From Epiperipatus broadwayi (taxonomy: Eukaryota; Animalia; Onychophora), in the NCBI GenBank assembly GCA_028023455.1, contig JAQFVV010000002.1:18290001-18354000 (forward strand): a stretch of 64,000 nt of DNA. The letters run 5' to 3'. Under the pieces are notes generated by a model that made no database searches, had not been told where the DNA came from, and was given only the letters and a program-made list of their open reading frames with translations. Every line of letters starts with the position of its first letter. The stretch's first letter is position 1. Positions 26,674 through 37,899 of the stretch are shown piece by piece. Both the position numbers and the translations under genes were made by a program.

Positions 26674-27420
26674 ACAGGCAAAACTCTCTATATACATATT
26701 GCCACTCAGTACAAGAGCCTTGGATCTGAGAACACTGCAGCTACATCTTAGGATTTAATGCAACCCTCCAGCAGCCCCCTTTTATCTCTACTTAACTACA
26801 AACTATGAGACTTAAAAAATTGAAAACACTATAATATTTTCAATCCAAGCTCATCAGTTTATATAGTCATATAGGTCTGAATTCAGACCTATATGCACAA
26901 GCCTTCTGGCATTCATTGATTACTCTGGCTTGCACTGAGTGGCAACATGTATATAGAGAGTTTTGCCTGTTTTAATAACAGTTAAGAGCAAGCATAAGAA
27001 ATGGTGATCATGTGATGTTATTGGCTTAAAACCAATCCTGCCTAATAGGATAGTGGTGACTATGGTCATTAAAGAACCAAAGACCCCAAAATGTATAGGT
27101 ACTGAGTTCAGATCTATATGACTATATAAGCTGATGAGCTTGGATTGAAAATATTATAGTGTTTTCAATTTAAGTCTCATAGTTTTGTCCTAAGATCTAG
27201 GTGCAGTGCTCTCAGATCCAAGGCTCCTCACTGATGAAGGTCACAAGCCAGAAACTAATCTGGGGATATTGGATGAGTAGGCACTAGATGGGGGACTTTA
27301 TGCACAAGCCTTCTGGCATCCATTGATTACTCTGACTTGCACTGAGTGGCAGTACGTATATAGAGTTTTGCCTGTTTTAATAACAGTTAAGAGCAAGCAT
27401 AAGAAATGGTGATCATGTGA
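26674..27420. mobile_element. Compound family F insertion: antisense 5' half, then sense 3' half, linker and a full sense monomer
   Basis: 13-bp TSD TTGATCAAGTAAA at about 26662 and at 27421. ATGCACAAGCC recurs at 26893 and 27300. HHR at 27216-27274. Confidence 0.85.
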
Positions 27421-28302
27421 TTGATCAAGTAAAGTTGACTCTACTAATATTTTATTTATGTTTATCATCTATTAATCGTTTCAGGAACTTTTATCTATTT
27501 AAGTCTACCACTCTTACCATTAGCTAAACAATGTGGGACAATATTTTTAATGATGTAATACAATAAAAGTCTAGATAATAATTCAAGATATATGAATGAG
27601 GAAAAATATATACTTTATAAAGAATAATGACTATAATATTGATCCAAATTGCATTTCAAAAAGTTTTATATTGTGCAGGATCATTTATAATTTTTATATA
27701 TTTTCTAAAATTTTATCACTAAAATGTTTGATGACTGCTATTTCACTATTTGCACCTGAAGCAATCAAGACGACTTGAACTCATCTTTTATTTCTTACAA
27801 TAGTATTATTATAAAAAGAGAGATTATATTTATATTTTTTCTTTAAATTCAAAAATTATTAGAAAAAATATTTTTTTTTGTACAGTAGTCTGGCACCATT
27901 TCGTTAATCCTTTAGACCCTGAAGATATCTAGAGGCATAAAAAATATTTTTAAAAATCCTGAAAAATAGGTCATTTTTGTCCTAAAATAAAAAAATATAT
28001 GTATTAATTATTTGTCCCCAAAATTTTCCAAAAAATATTATTTCTCGTTAAAAAAGAGAGACTTAATTAGTAAAATAAAAAATTAAAATTAGAATTTGAG
28101 ATTTTGTTAAAAACACACAGACACATTTAAAAAAAACTTCTTGCTTATATATAGTCAAAATAAGAGTCATAGATCACATGACCCTATTTTCTTAAGCTTG
28201 TAAGTTATAAATAATGAGGATTGCCAATTCCTGAACAAGCTTTGTGATAAATGCTTAGCCAGAGCCAGCATTTAAAATATCTCTGTCAGGAACCCCCCCC
28301 CA

Positions 28303-28345
28303 ACCCCTGACCATGATTTCGTGCTTTGGCACTCCTCAGAGAGAT
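28303..28345 (-). ncRNA. Apparently intact canonical minimal type I hammerhead ribozyme
   Basis: Minus strand ATCTCT-CTGAGGA-GTGC-CAAA-GCAC-GAAA-T-CATG-GTC|AGGGGT: complete core, perfect stem II, 6-bp stem I (with G-U pairs) and a GUC site. Confidence 0.85.
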
Positions 28346-29454
28346 GTTTTTCATTAAGACTATACTGATCAACTATTAAACAAATTATAATGTTGTGAAT
28401 GTTTCTTTAAAAATTTGATACTAAATCTTTTTTTAAAAAAAAAAAACTAAAAAGTTAAGCAGTTATTTTTAAAATATATGTATTTAAAATTATAATGGGA
28501 ATGTTTATGTTTCTTTAACTTTCTAGGGACTATATGGAAGAAATAGCTCTGTGTAAATTAGTGCACTAGTAGATTGGTGGACTTTGGAGCTCACCGTCTA
28601 TGGATCATGGACAAGCTCTGTCACTTGTAATGCTCAAACATCTTATAAAATCCTTCCCAACAATAAATCATCTGATTCTTTTTATTCAATAAATATTCTA
28701 CTTTTTATTTGTTGAGAGGGATGGTTGGCAAAGATTTTGCAATTTACTTGTCCGTCATGATTTACTTTTTCTTTAGTTTCTTTTGCAGATATCAAATTGC
28801 TATGTTTCATTTTCTTTATGATAATTTCCTTTTTTCTATTTCATACATTCATCACCATATATTTACAACATAATTATGGATTTGTAGTATTATGTCTGAG
28901 TTTAGAATTTCACCTGTGACTAACAAAATATCATGTGACCTTAGCTTATATATTACATTCATTAGCAAATTCTTCTATTCTTATTACTTTTATGCTATAA
29001 GTTAGAAATCAATCTGGAGATATTTGGATATGGCAACATTGGATAAGAATTTGTTAAGCATTACCATCTGGCATCTATTGATTACTAAAGTTTACACTAG
29101 ATGGCATAAATGTAGTGAGATTAAAAAATTTGCTAATTTCTACTGTGATGAAAAAATATAGTCTTAAGTGTATTCATGTAATCAAAACTTTATTATCCAG
29201 AAAATGTTTAGCATTTAAATTCTTGCATTCTAAAATACTTAAATACTTGATCAGATAATTGCTGTTTCTGTGTGAACTCCATAACTATAGATTCCAGAAT
29301 CAATTCTCAGTTGAATGAAATAAAAAAGAAACTAAATTTAATTATAAAATATATTTTTATGAGTAGGTATTGTAATCAATCCTACTGAATTTATTACATA
29401 AAGTTTCTGCTTCTTCTTATTTTTTCTTAAAAAATATTAACTAATCTTTTTTTA

Positions 29455-29770
29455 ATAATCTGAACAGGCACTAACCTGTATTCAATGCGCTTCAAAATTC
29501 GCAATAATCAAGCATATTTTTCCGATAGAGGGATCTTCCAAACCACAACACAGATAGTGACTTTTATAAAGTTAAGAGTGGCCATCTTATCTTTAATCTA
29601 AATGTCCATTTATATAGGTGAATCTAAAGCATCTTGTGTCATGGTTTGGAAGATCCCTCTATCAGCAAAATATGCTTGATTATTGCGAATTTTGAAGCAC
29701 ACTGAATACAGGTTAGTGCCTGTTCAGACTATTTACATAAGCTCTCTGCACATGCTATAAATTAATTACT
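29455..29770. mobile_element. Asymmetric fold-back element (~100-bp arms)
   Basis: Arms of about 29459-29556 and 29633-29728. 15-bp TSD ACTAATCTTTTTTTA at 29440-29454 and 29771-29785. Confidence 0.8.
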
Positions 29771-30339
29771 ACTAATCTTTTTTTAAAAAATAAAAATGTT
29801 TTGATAGTCATTTCAAAATTCTAGAAGATCATATTGTAGAATTCATTATCCTTATTATTTGCAATTTTGGGTTCTCATATGTTTAGCAAGATATTTAAGA
29901 CTGTGATTAAAAGACCCAGATATCTTTTAATATCTTAAGATATTATGATTAAAAAAAAAGTCGACTTAATTTTCATAGTGTGTAATACAATCCTATTTTT
30001 TTCTTCAAAATAATCTTCACCTCTTAAATTAGCTACACACATTATATCATGAATTTAAAGAAAATCAGACCTATTGATAGTTTTCTGATAGTAAACTATT
30101 AAAAATAGTTAATAAACAAATTCTTATTCCTAAACAATATTTCTAAAAAAAAGACCTTGGGATTTGAACTCTGTCAAATGTCTGATTGTAAAACTGATTG
30201 TGATATAATGAATTTCCTTCAGAAAGTAGATAAAAATTCATATTTGTAAAATATTAAAGATTTTAAGACTTCTCATTCGATAATTTAATATACAAAAATT
30301 AACAAAGCGTATGACACACTTGAATGAGAAGCTATAAAG

Positions 30340-30725
30340 ATACACAGAAATTATTACAAGCTAAGCGCTTTCGAGGCCTTTTGCCTCATATTCATAGTGG
30401 TAGTGTGAGCTGCAGAACGAAGAAAGGAAACAAAACAGTATGCAAAGCGTATGCAAATGAACTAGATAGTCCAACGTTTGGAGATGACAAAGCAGGTATC
30501 TCGTCTATTGATGGAGTTATTATTGCCATTAATAAAATATGCTTCTCTGATTTTCCGCTTGATGTCATTTTTCTCAATACAGACTATTTTAGGGCTGGAG
30601 GGTTCAAACAAATGTCCTGTCTTCTTGGAATGCTCTAAAAATGTTGATGAATTATCATTGTTTTTCATAGTTCTATTATATGTATATCTGTGTTGTGATA
30701 TAATATTTATTAGTTTATTGTAAAT
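30340..30725 (-). mobile_element. Penelope-like element 3' end: GIY-YIG C-terminus, 3' UTR and hammerhead
   Basis: ORF 30462-30668 SSTFLEHSKKTGHLF..KIVCIEKNDIKRKIREAYFI..INRRD..W fits the GIY-YIG C-terminal pattern of PLEs. The HHR starts about 60 nt after the stop. Confidence 0.85.
30355..30403 (-). ncRNA. Minimal hammerhead, A3-U8 core variant
   Basis: Minus strand CCACT-ATGAATA-T-GAGGC-AAAAG-GCCTC-GAAA-GCGC-TT|AG. Stem II is perfect; stem I is only 2 bp in this copy. Confidence 0.7.
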
Positions 30726-31446
30726 ATTAATTTTTGAAATTCTTTTCTATAGCAATTGTAATGAATTTTTTAAAAATTCTCGGAATTTTGTAGAAAGTTT
30801 GAAATGGAAATTGCAACTTAAACTAATAAAATGTAGTGATAATTTAAATGGCAAAAATAAAAGTATAAAAATGGTGACTGGACAGAAAATAAACAATAGT
30901 TAATGCTCTTAAATCTCTAGAAAATCAGCTATTTACTAATGTGTGAATTTTTCTTGATACAAATATTTAAAAAGCAGAATAGAGACCAACACTGGTAGTT
31001 AAAGAACTGTCAAGATTTAAGATAATATAGCTGCTTTTAGTGAAACATCTTTCAAAGAAAGGAATTTTAATGGAATAGTTATATGGTTACAAGTTTACTT
31101 GAAAGATCAGATTAATATGAGAAAAAAGAATGCATAGTATTGGATTTGATGTAAAGTCTGATTTAGTATTTTTTATTCTTGAGAATAAATAACTCATTAT
31201 ATCTTTTATTCTTGAGAATAACTCATTATATCACTGAAAGGTTAATGGTGCAAAAACTTGGCTTGCATAATATTTTAAGGGCATATTTGATTAGACCATA
31301 TGTTCCAACATTACACTTGAGAGCTTATTAAAAGGTCAAACTATTTTTCTTGGTGACTTTAATGTATATGTTGATGAAAATAATAGACTTTGGGCAAAAG
31401 TTGTTGGAAATAATAGTAATAAAGCTAAATATTCAAACAAAACTTA

Positions 31447-31662
31447 TTAAACAGGCAAAACTCTCCATACAGTAGTGCCACTCAGTGCAAGCCAGAGTAA
31501 TCAATGGATTCCAGAAGGCTTGTGCATAAAATCCATATCTGCCTTCTGGCATCCATTGATTACTTTGGCTTGCACTGAGTGGCACTACTGTATTGAGAGT
31601 TTTGCCTGTTTTATCAGACTGAGCAAGCATAAGAAATGGTGATCATGTGATTTAGTGGTTTA
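31447..31662. mobile_element. Palindromic family F 3'-half insertion
   Basis: AAACAGGCAAAACTCTCC..GAAGGC is mirrored by GCCTTCTGG..GCCTGTTT, then the family 3' end. Confidence 0.85.
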
Positions 31663-31972
31663 AAACTATTGGTATTGAATGGTTGCATATTATATGGCTT
31701 GAGTATCATAAATAAGTTGTTCAGGCAAAAAAAAATCACTTTAAAAGAACATGGATGAATCCATAATTATAACAATAACATTTAAAAATTACATTATAGT
31801 TAGGAGTTGGAATATAAGAGAAATTGCAGATGTTTGTTGAACAGATCATAGATTAATGGACTCCAAGAGTAAAATGATAATTGCATCAAAAAATAGGTCT
31901 TACTTTAATAATATTCCTAAGAAAATTGATATTTATTCTTTAAAAGTATCTATTATACATACTAACATTAAT

Positions 31973-32297
31973 TGCTTATAACTCCCCTCATATACATTTT
32001 AATGTAAAAAATTTTTTTAATATAATTCCTTTATTTTTCTGACAGTTTCAGCTGTCCTGCAGTCTTCATCAGAGCTACAGTATTGAATAATATAAACATA
32101 TAGAAAGGTTATATATTTATATCATTCAATATTGTAGTTCTGATGAAGACTGCTGTACAATCGAAACTGTCAGGAAAATAAAGGAATTATATTTAAAAAA
32201 AATTTTGCATTAAAGTGGATATGAGGAAAGTTATTGTAACCAATATATTTGAACATATGAAGAAATGGAAAAAAAGTAAAGGAGAATAATAAGAACA
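31973..32297. mobile_element. Palindromic H1 element with two hammerhead motifs
   Basis: Cores at 32039-32072(-) and 32140-32174(+). 10-bp TSD TAACATTAAT at 31963-31972 and 32298-32307. Confidence 0.8.
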
Positions 32298-33228
32298 TAA
32301 CATTAATCATATTAATAATGATTTGATCAAAAGAAAACATATAATACATTTCTTAGAAGAAGAATAAATTAAATGTGGAGTTTCATAATAAATGTTAGAG
32401 ATTTAAAGGTAGAAGATCAATGACTACCAAAGAGGTTTAAAAATGACTGGTGAATTAAAATAGCAAAAAAGATACAGATATTAATTGATTGGGGTCATTT
32501 TAGATGTTTTTTACTGCAGTAAAAGCAAAGACACTCTTTTATAAGATGACAATATTCTAAATAGGCAGGAAGAATATTTTGATTACTTTTTTGAATAATG
32601 ACTTTTAGTAATATATTCATTTAATCTATTTTAGGTTTGTAATCTTAAAAATAAAAACATTGTAAATCCTGATAAATGTCTGAGGAAAGTTTTAAAATAT
32701 GGTAGAAATAAATTAGCTTTAAAAAGATAGAAATAATTATCACGGCATAACATTACTATCCATTGCAGCAAAGATATTTTCAAGAATTTTATTAAATAAG
32801 TTACCTACAGTCATAAATGAATGGCTACTAAGGATTCAATGTGATTTTAGAAAACAATAAGCACTATAGACATTGTTTTCATTCATGGAATTGAAAAAAA
32901 AAAAGTGATTTATATATTGCTTTTACTAATTTGGTCTAAACATTTGATTCATTTATAGAATAGGTTTATGGCATTATTTGGAATGGATCTAACAAAGTTT
33001 ATTCATACTATATAGCTTCTACATGATGGAATGACAGAAAGTGAGTATTATTAACACAGGTAAAAAATCTGAAACAATTGAAATGAAAACTTATATTAAA
33101 CAAAAAATTGTAGTTGATTAATGTCAGTGGTTTTTTACAGGTAGCTTAAGAAAGTAAGGGTAAAGATGTGATACAGGTTTGATAGTGGAATTGTTAATAT
33201 GAATCAAAAGCAAAACAAGAACTAGTTC

Positions 33229-33327
33229 AGTCAAACGTTGGTGGCCTAGCGGTTAGCATAGCTGTCTTCTAAGCAGCTGGCCCAGATTCGCTTCCCGGTC
33301 AGCGCTTTGACATATAAAAAAAAAACC
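33229..33327 (+). mobile_element. tRNA-Gly(TCC)-derived SINE, short form
   Basis: CGTTGGTGGCCTAGCGGTTAGCATAGCTGTCTTCTAAGCAGCTGG..TTCGCTTCCCGGTCAGCGC closely follows tRNA-Gly(TCC). Poly-A tail and 13-bp TSD CAAGAACTAGTTC at 33216-33228 and 33328-33340. Confidence 0.85.
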
Positions 33328-34431
33328 CAAGAACTAGTTCTTGGATTCTGGATTTTACAATATTCTGATGACTATACATTTTGGTCATTATTAAAATTAA
33401 TGTTTAAAAAAATAAGAATAAAAGTTCTTTATCAAACAATTAGGGGGAAAAAATGTCCTGCAAATTTTAATTTATATGATTATCAACATAATAAGGTACA
33501 CCAATTTAAATATATTGATACTCTTATAAATAAAAAAGTGGATTTAGATGGTGAGGTGAAGCACAGACTACAATGTTCCATGGCTGCTTTTAATAAGTTA
33601 AAAGATATGTTCTTTCATCATAAGGAAATAACTAGTATAACTAAATTAACTATATAAAGAGCTTTTATTTTATCTAATTTATTGAATGAAAATGAGACTT
33701 GCCAGCCTATTGATAATTATATTAGAAAAAGATGCTCTGTAAAATTTTAAAAATACACTAACAAGATGATAAAACCAATCATATTTTTAATATGCTAGAT
33801 ATGATATTATAATGTCCACAAGGCAGACTTTCATTAGATTGTATATATATAAACTGAAAGAACAATACAAGGTGTTTTAAAAAGATAAACTTAAGCATGA
33901 TATTGTGGAAGAGATAGATACCGTTTATGCCATAAGGACTACCATAAAGACATTCTAAACAAGTGTAATCTATCGCAAAGACATTATTAAATATGATTTT
34001 GATTGTTTCCCCTGGGAAATTATAACAGAGAATAGAATATATTGAAAATATACAATGATCCATGATGATGAAATATTTCAGAAAAAGCTTGAAGACAACA
34101 TTCCAAAATATCAAATATACAAAAAAAATTGGCCAGCATGTTCTACATGTGGACATATTTGTAGTTTGTTGAGTTGTTTGGAATTCTAAACCTCACTTCT
34201 AGAATATTTTTTTTCTTTGTGTTACAACAACAATAGTTATTTATGAATGGTAACTGTATATATGAATGTACTGATGAAGAAAGAGGTGACAAAAACTCAG
34301 AATGAGATTTAATGATTGATCAGCATTAAAAGTTCCTGGATGAAATCTCAGTCAAACAAAGTAAAATATAGAATTCAATATGGTAAAGTAAATGGAATCA
34401 CTGTCAAATGTCACATATCAACCACATAAGT

Positions 34432-34716
34432 TAAAACAGGCAAAACTCTCCATACTGTAGTGCAACTCAGTACAAGCCAGAGTAATCAATGGATGCCAGA
34501 AGACTTGTGCATAAAATCTCTATCCAGTGCCCACCCATCCAATATCCTCAGACTAATTTCTAGCTTGTGGTTTCATCAATGAGCCTTGGATCCAAGAGCA
34601 CTGCACCCAGATCTTAGAATTACTCTGGTTTGCACTGATTTGGCACTACTGTATGGAGAGTTTTGCCTGTTTTAATAACAATTATGAGCAAGCATAAGAA
34701 ATGGTGGTCATGTGAT
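34432..34716. mobile_element. Palindromic family F insertion with a degenerate antisense HHR
   Basis: The minus strand near 34537-34595 reads TTGATGAAACCACAAGCTAGAAATTAGTC. Confidence 0.8.
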
Positions 34717-35754
34717 CAACAGAAGTTCAGTAACTGATTGAAATTGGATATAAAAAAGGGATTGTTAAATATTTTATTTGAAAGAGGTAGATTTATATGA
34801 AATTAGAGACTTAACCATTTTTGAGATCTTAAAATCACTGAAAAAAATGAGGAAATTGGAAGAAGATTATAATTATGATGAAAATACAATAATTATTGAG
34901 GAAATCACTAATAATAATAAAAAATGAAAACTTAGAGTGAGCTGCTCTGAAGGAAAGAAATTATTAAGAAATTGTAAAATGGCAAAAAAAGAAAAAAAAA
35001 GTCAAATGATCTGAAAATAATGGTAGCTATGAATTTCTTACAAGAAAAGTAAGGAATAAAAAATTCCAAATAAAAACAATGTAAGATTTAACTTTTGATA
35101 TATAGTCTTCAAAATGAGTTAGTAATTTATAATAAATATTATGTATTAACATTTTAATAATGCTATAAACTTAAGTTTAAGTAATAGCATGCCTGGTAAC
35201 AGTAATTTTGATCTGAGTTATAAATGAATTAATATTTTCATGGAAAAGTTTCAATACCACATCTTTTGATAGTCTATAATTGCAGGCACAAAATGCTAAG
35301 AGTAATCATTCAATATTATAATGAGTTATCAGATTTCATATTTTTATTATATGTTCAGAAAATTCTATAATCTGTATAAAATTAAAAGTATTTAAATTTT
35401 TAATGACAATTAGTCTCTTATATTTTAGCCCAGTTAAGATTTATTCAAATAACTTTTTTTAAATTCTATCTTGAATAAATGAATGCAAATATATATTTTT
35501 TAAAAATAAATAGATAAATTAAGCCTGTTATCATGTTTGTCTTTTTTTTAATTATGACTATGAAATGCTTTTTTCCTAAAAATATCAATTTAAAAATGAA
35601 AGTGAATGGAAATGCCAGTTTAGTGGATTGTGTTCTGTTTAGATGAATGTTATTTAAAAGATAGTAGAAATCTTTACTGCACAAAGATATATATATATAA
35701 AGTAATTTTACATTGAACAAATTACTTTTCATATTACTGTTACAATGCTTATTT

Positions 35755-35812
35755 TATTAAAATTAATCAACTTCACAGTTTCGATTGACCAGCAGTCTTC
35801 TTCAGAGTTATA
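35755..35812 (-). ncRNA. Hammerhead motif (family H2)
   Basis: CTGAAGAA-GACTG-CTGGT-CAATC-GAAACTGTG. The downstream flank matches the copy at 41601. Confidence 0.65.
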
Positions 35813-37404
35813 AGATACATATATAAATACATGAATACACAAATAGTTTATCATTTAAACAAACAACTTAACATTATATTTCCTTACAAATTGACTATTT
35901 TTTTATATTTTATTCCATATATTCATATATACTTATACATACCAAATATATACATTCATCAATTAAACACAGACACATATATATTATGCTCCATTTATAT
36001 ATAATACCACATACAATATATATATAACAAATATATATATATGGTATATACACATATATATATATATTGTGAATTTTAGTTTTGTCTGTAAAGCTAAATA
36101 TCCATGCTTAATATTAAAAAAAAAAATTTCGCATAATCTTATTGCTTAATATTTTTATGTTGATATATTCCTTGAGCCAATTTATAATAACTATTATAAT
36201 TCTTAATAGCTTTAAAAGTTAATTTAATAGTTTATGTGTAATGCTTTAAATTCATGAGTAATTATGTATGATTTTAAAATGCTTAGTTTTAGGGATATCA
36301 TTACTCTGAAATGATAGTAAGTTAATTGTAAAAAAACATTAAGAATAAAACCACCTTAATTTAACTATTAATGTGCTAAAAGTCAATATTAGAGTTGAAA
36401 TCTAAGCACAAGTTTAAATCTTTAATGTTAAGTTATTAATATTTAAATTATCTATTAATAAAAGTGCATTTTTATTTAAACAATTTGTTAATAAGAAGTA
36501 TGCCTTATCTAATGATAATTGTGATAAAAATTAGTTTAATTAAATAATTTTTAAACTAGTTAATTGAGGAAGGTAAACAATTAATTTTATTACTTAACCT
36601 ATCTATTTTTAAATAAAAGAATGCATTAGTGTGTGTGAATGCATGAGGTATAAATCTTTATTTTAACATAGTTTAATTTTTAAATTTAAAAAAATATTTT
36701 TAAATCTTTATTTTAAAAAGTATTACTTAAAAATGTTCTGGGAGCTTAAATCAGTTAAAGAATGTTAATATGCTAATGTAATAATATAAAATAATATTTT
36801 ATTTGAAATAATGTAATATTTTATTTTTTATTATAATATATTCTAGGTTTTTCACGATAATTTATTTTTAAGTTGTAATAATTAATTAATGTCTAGACAG
36901 ACATATAAATTAGTTTATTTTTAGTAATTTTCCCAGGATACCAATTAATTTGTAAAGTTTTCATTCATTAAAAAATCAGTCACATGATGTCTCATAAATA
37001 AAACTAGTGAAAACACTAACACACACTTGGTTACTTGTTTTTCAGTTACTTCCTTATTCATTTACTCGTTAAATTTTATTAAGTTTTAATTGCTTTTAAT
37101 AATTTTTTTTTTATTTTAAAAGTTAAAATATGAATTACTCAATAATTTTATCCCGGCTCAAAAGATTTAAACTGAAACTTCCAATACTCAGAATTTACAT
37201 TGCAAGGAAATACGATGGAAAGATCAACAAATTTAATAACAATGAAATTATTTTTATGTAACATGTATTTTGATGGATTTCTGTATAAAGCATCATTGTT
37301 GTGCAAGAACTTTTATTGATTCTAATTTATTTGTTACAAATAATCAATATTATAAGTTAAATTTACTATATACAGAAATATTAAGATTGCTAATAACCTT
37401 AGAC

Positions 37405-37899
37405 CAGGGGTGGTCAAATAGCAGCCCCAGGGCCACATGTGGCCCTCTAAGAGTTTTTATGTGGCCTGCCAAGACAATCAGAAAAATCCACCTTGAACTG
37501 AGATTTCCTTCCCATGTGCAACCAAAGATTCATCTCGTATTTTTCACTAGGATGGCCATGTCAATACACATGCACAGTGTAGATACAATGTGCAGTGCTT
37601 TTCCAGTTGATCTGTTTAATTTCAATTTTGTCTTTGCATTAGCAAATATATACATTTCCAACTTTAGTGAAACCATGAACCCTCCGAAAAAATGTAAAAT
37701 AAGTGATGAATGTCATGTGTTTAATGAAGAATGGACAAAACAAATATTTTTTTGGTAAAACAGGGAATAAAGCAGTGTGTTTATTGGGTCATGAAAAAAG
37801 GGTGCAGCCTCCACTAACCTTTACTTCCACAAAATGACCCCCAATGTGGCTCTCCGCCAACCTATGCAGTTCCCAAGCCAAAACAATTGCCCACCCCTG
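37405..37899 (+). mobile_element. Internally deleted hAT (Charlie/SPIN-like) transposon
   Basis: TIRs CAGGGGTGGTCAA / TTGCCCACCCCTG and a perfect 8-bp TSD CCTTAGAC (37397-37404, 37900-37907). Transposase N-terminus MNPPKKCKISDECHVFNEEWT..KAVCL. Confidence 0.95.

Larger units (their letters stand above)
30930..34230 (+). mobile_element. Near full-length, highly degenerate RTE/BovB-like LINE interrupted by younger insertions
   Basis: Endonuclease-like LVVKELSRF..IAA and GDFNV motifs near 30980-31370. ORF 33307 gives VHQFKYI..D.EVKHRL..AAFNKLK..TKLTI. A C-terminal CSTCGHIC motif lies near 34135. Confidence 0.75.

Noticed and set aside
27140-27183. CTGATGAG followed by a 16-bp hairpin in the 5' part of family F, as a possible second hammerhead
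   Set aside because: No GAAA follows the hairpin; TGAG simply pairs with the downstream CTCA to extend the stem.
4975-29560. CTGAAAGAG and CTGATAGAG strings in the 4.9 and 29.5 kb palindromes as hammerhead cores
   Set aside because: They need a core insertion and loss of G12, and no stem I can be drawn.
12489-33327. Functional tRNA-Gly genes at 12489 and 33229
   Set aside because: Stem and anticodon mutations, an added terminal stem, poly-A tails and a TSD indicate retroposed SINE copies.
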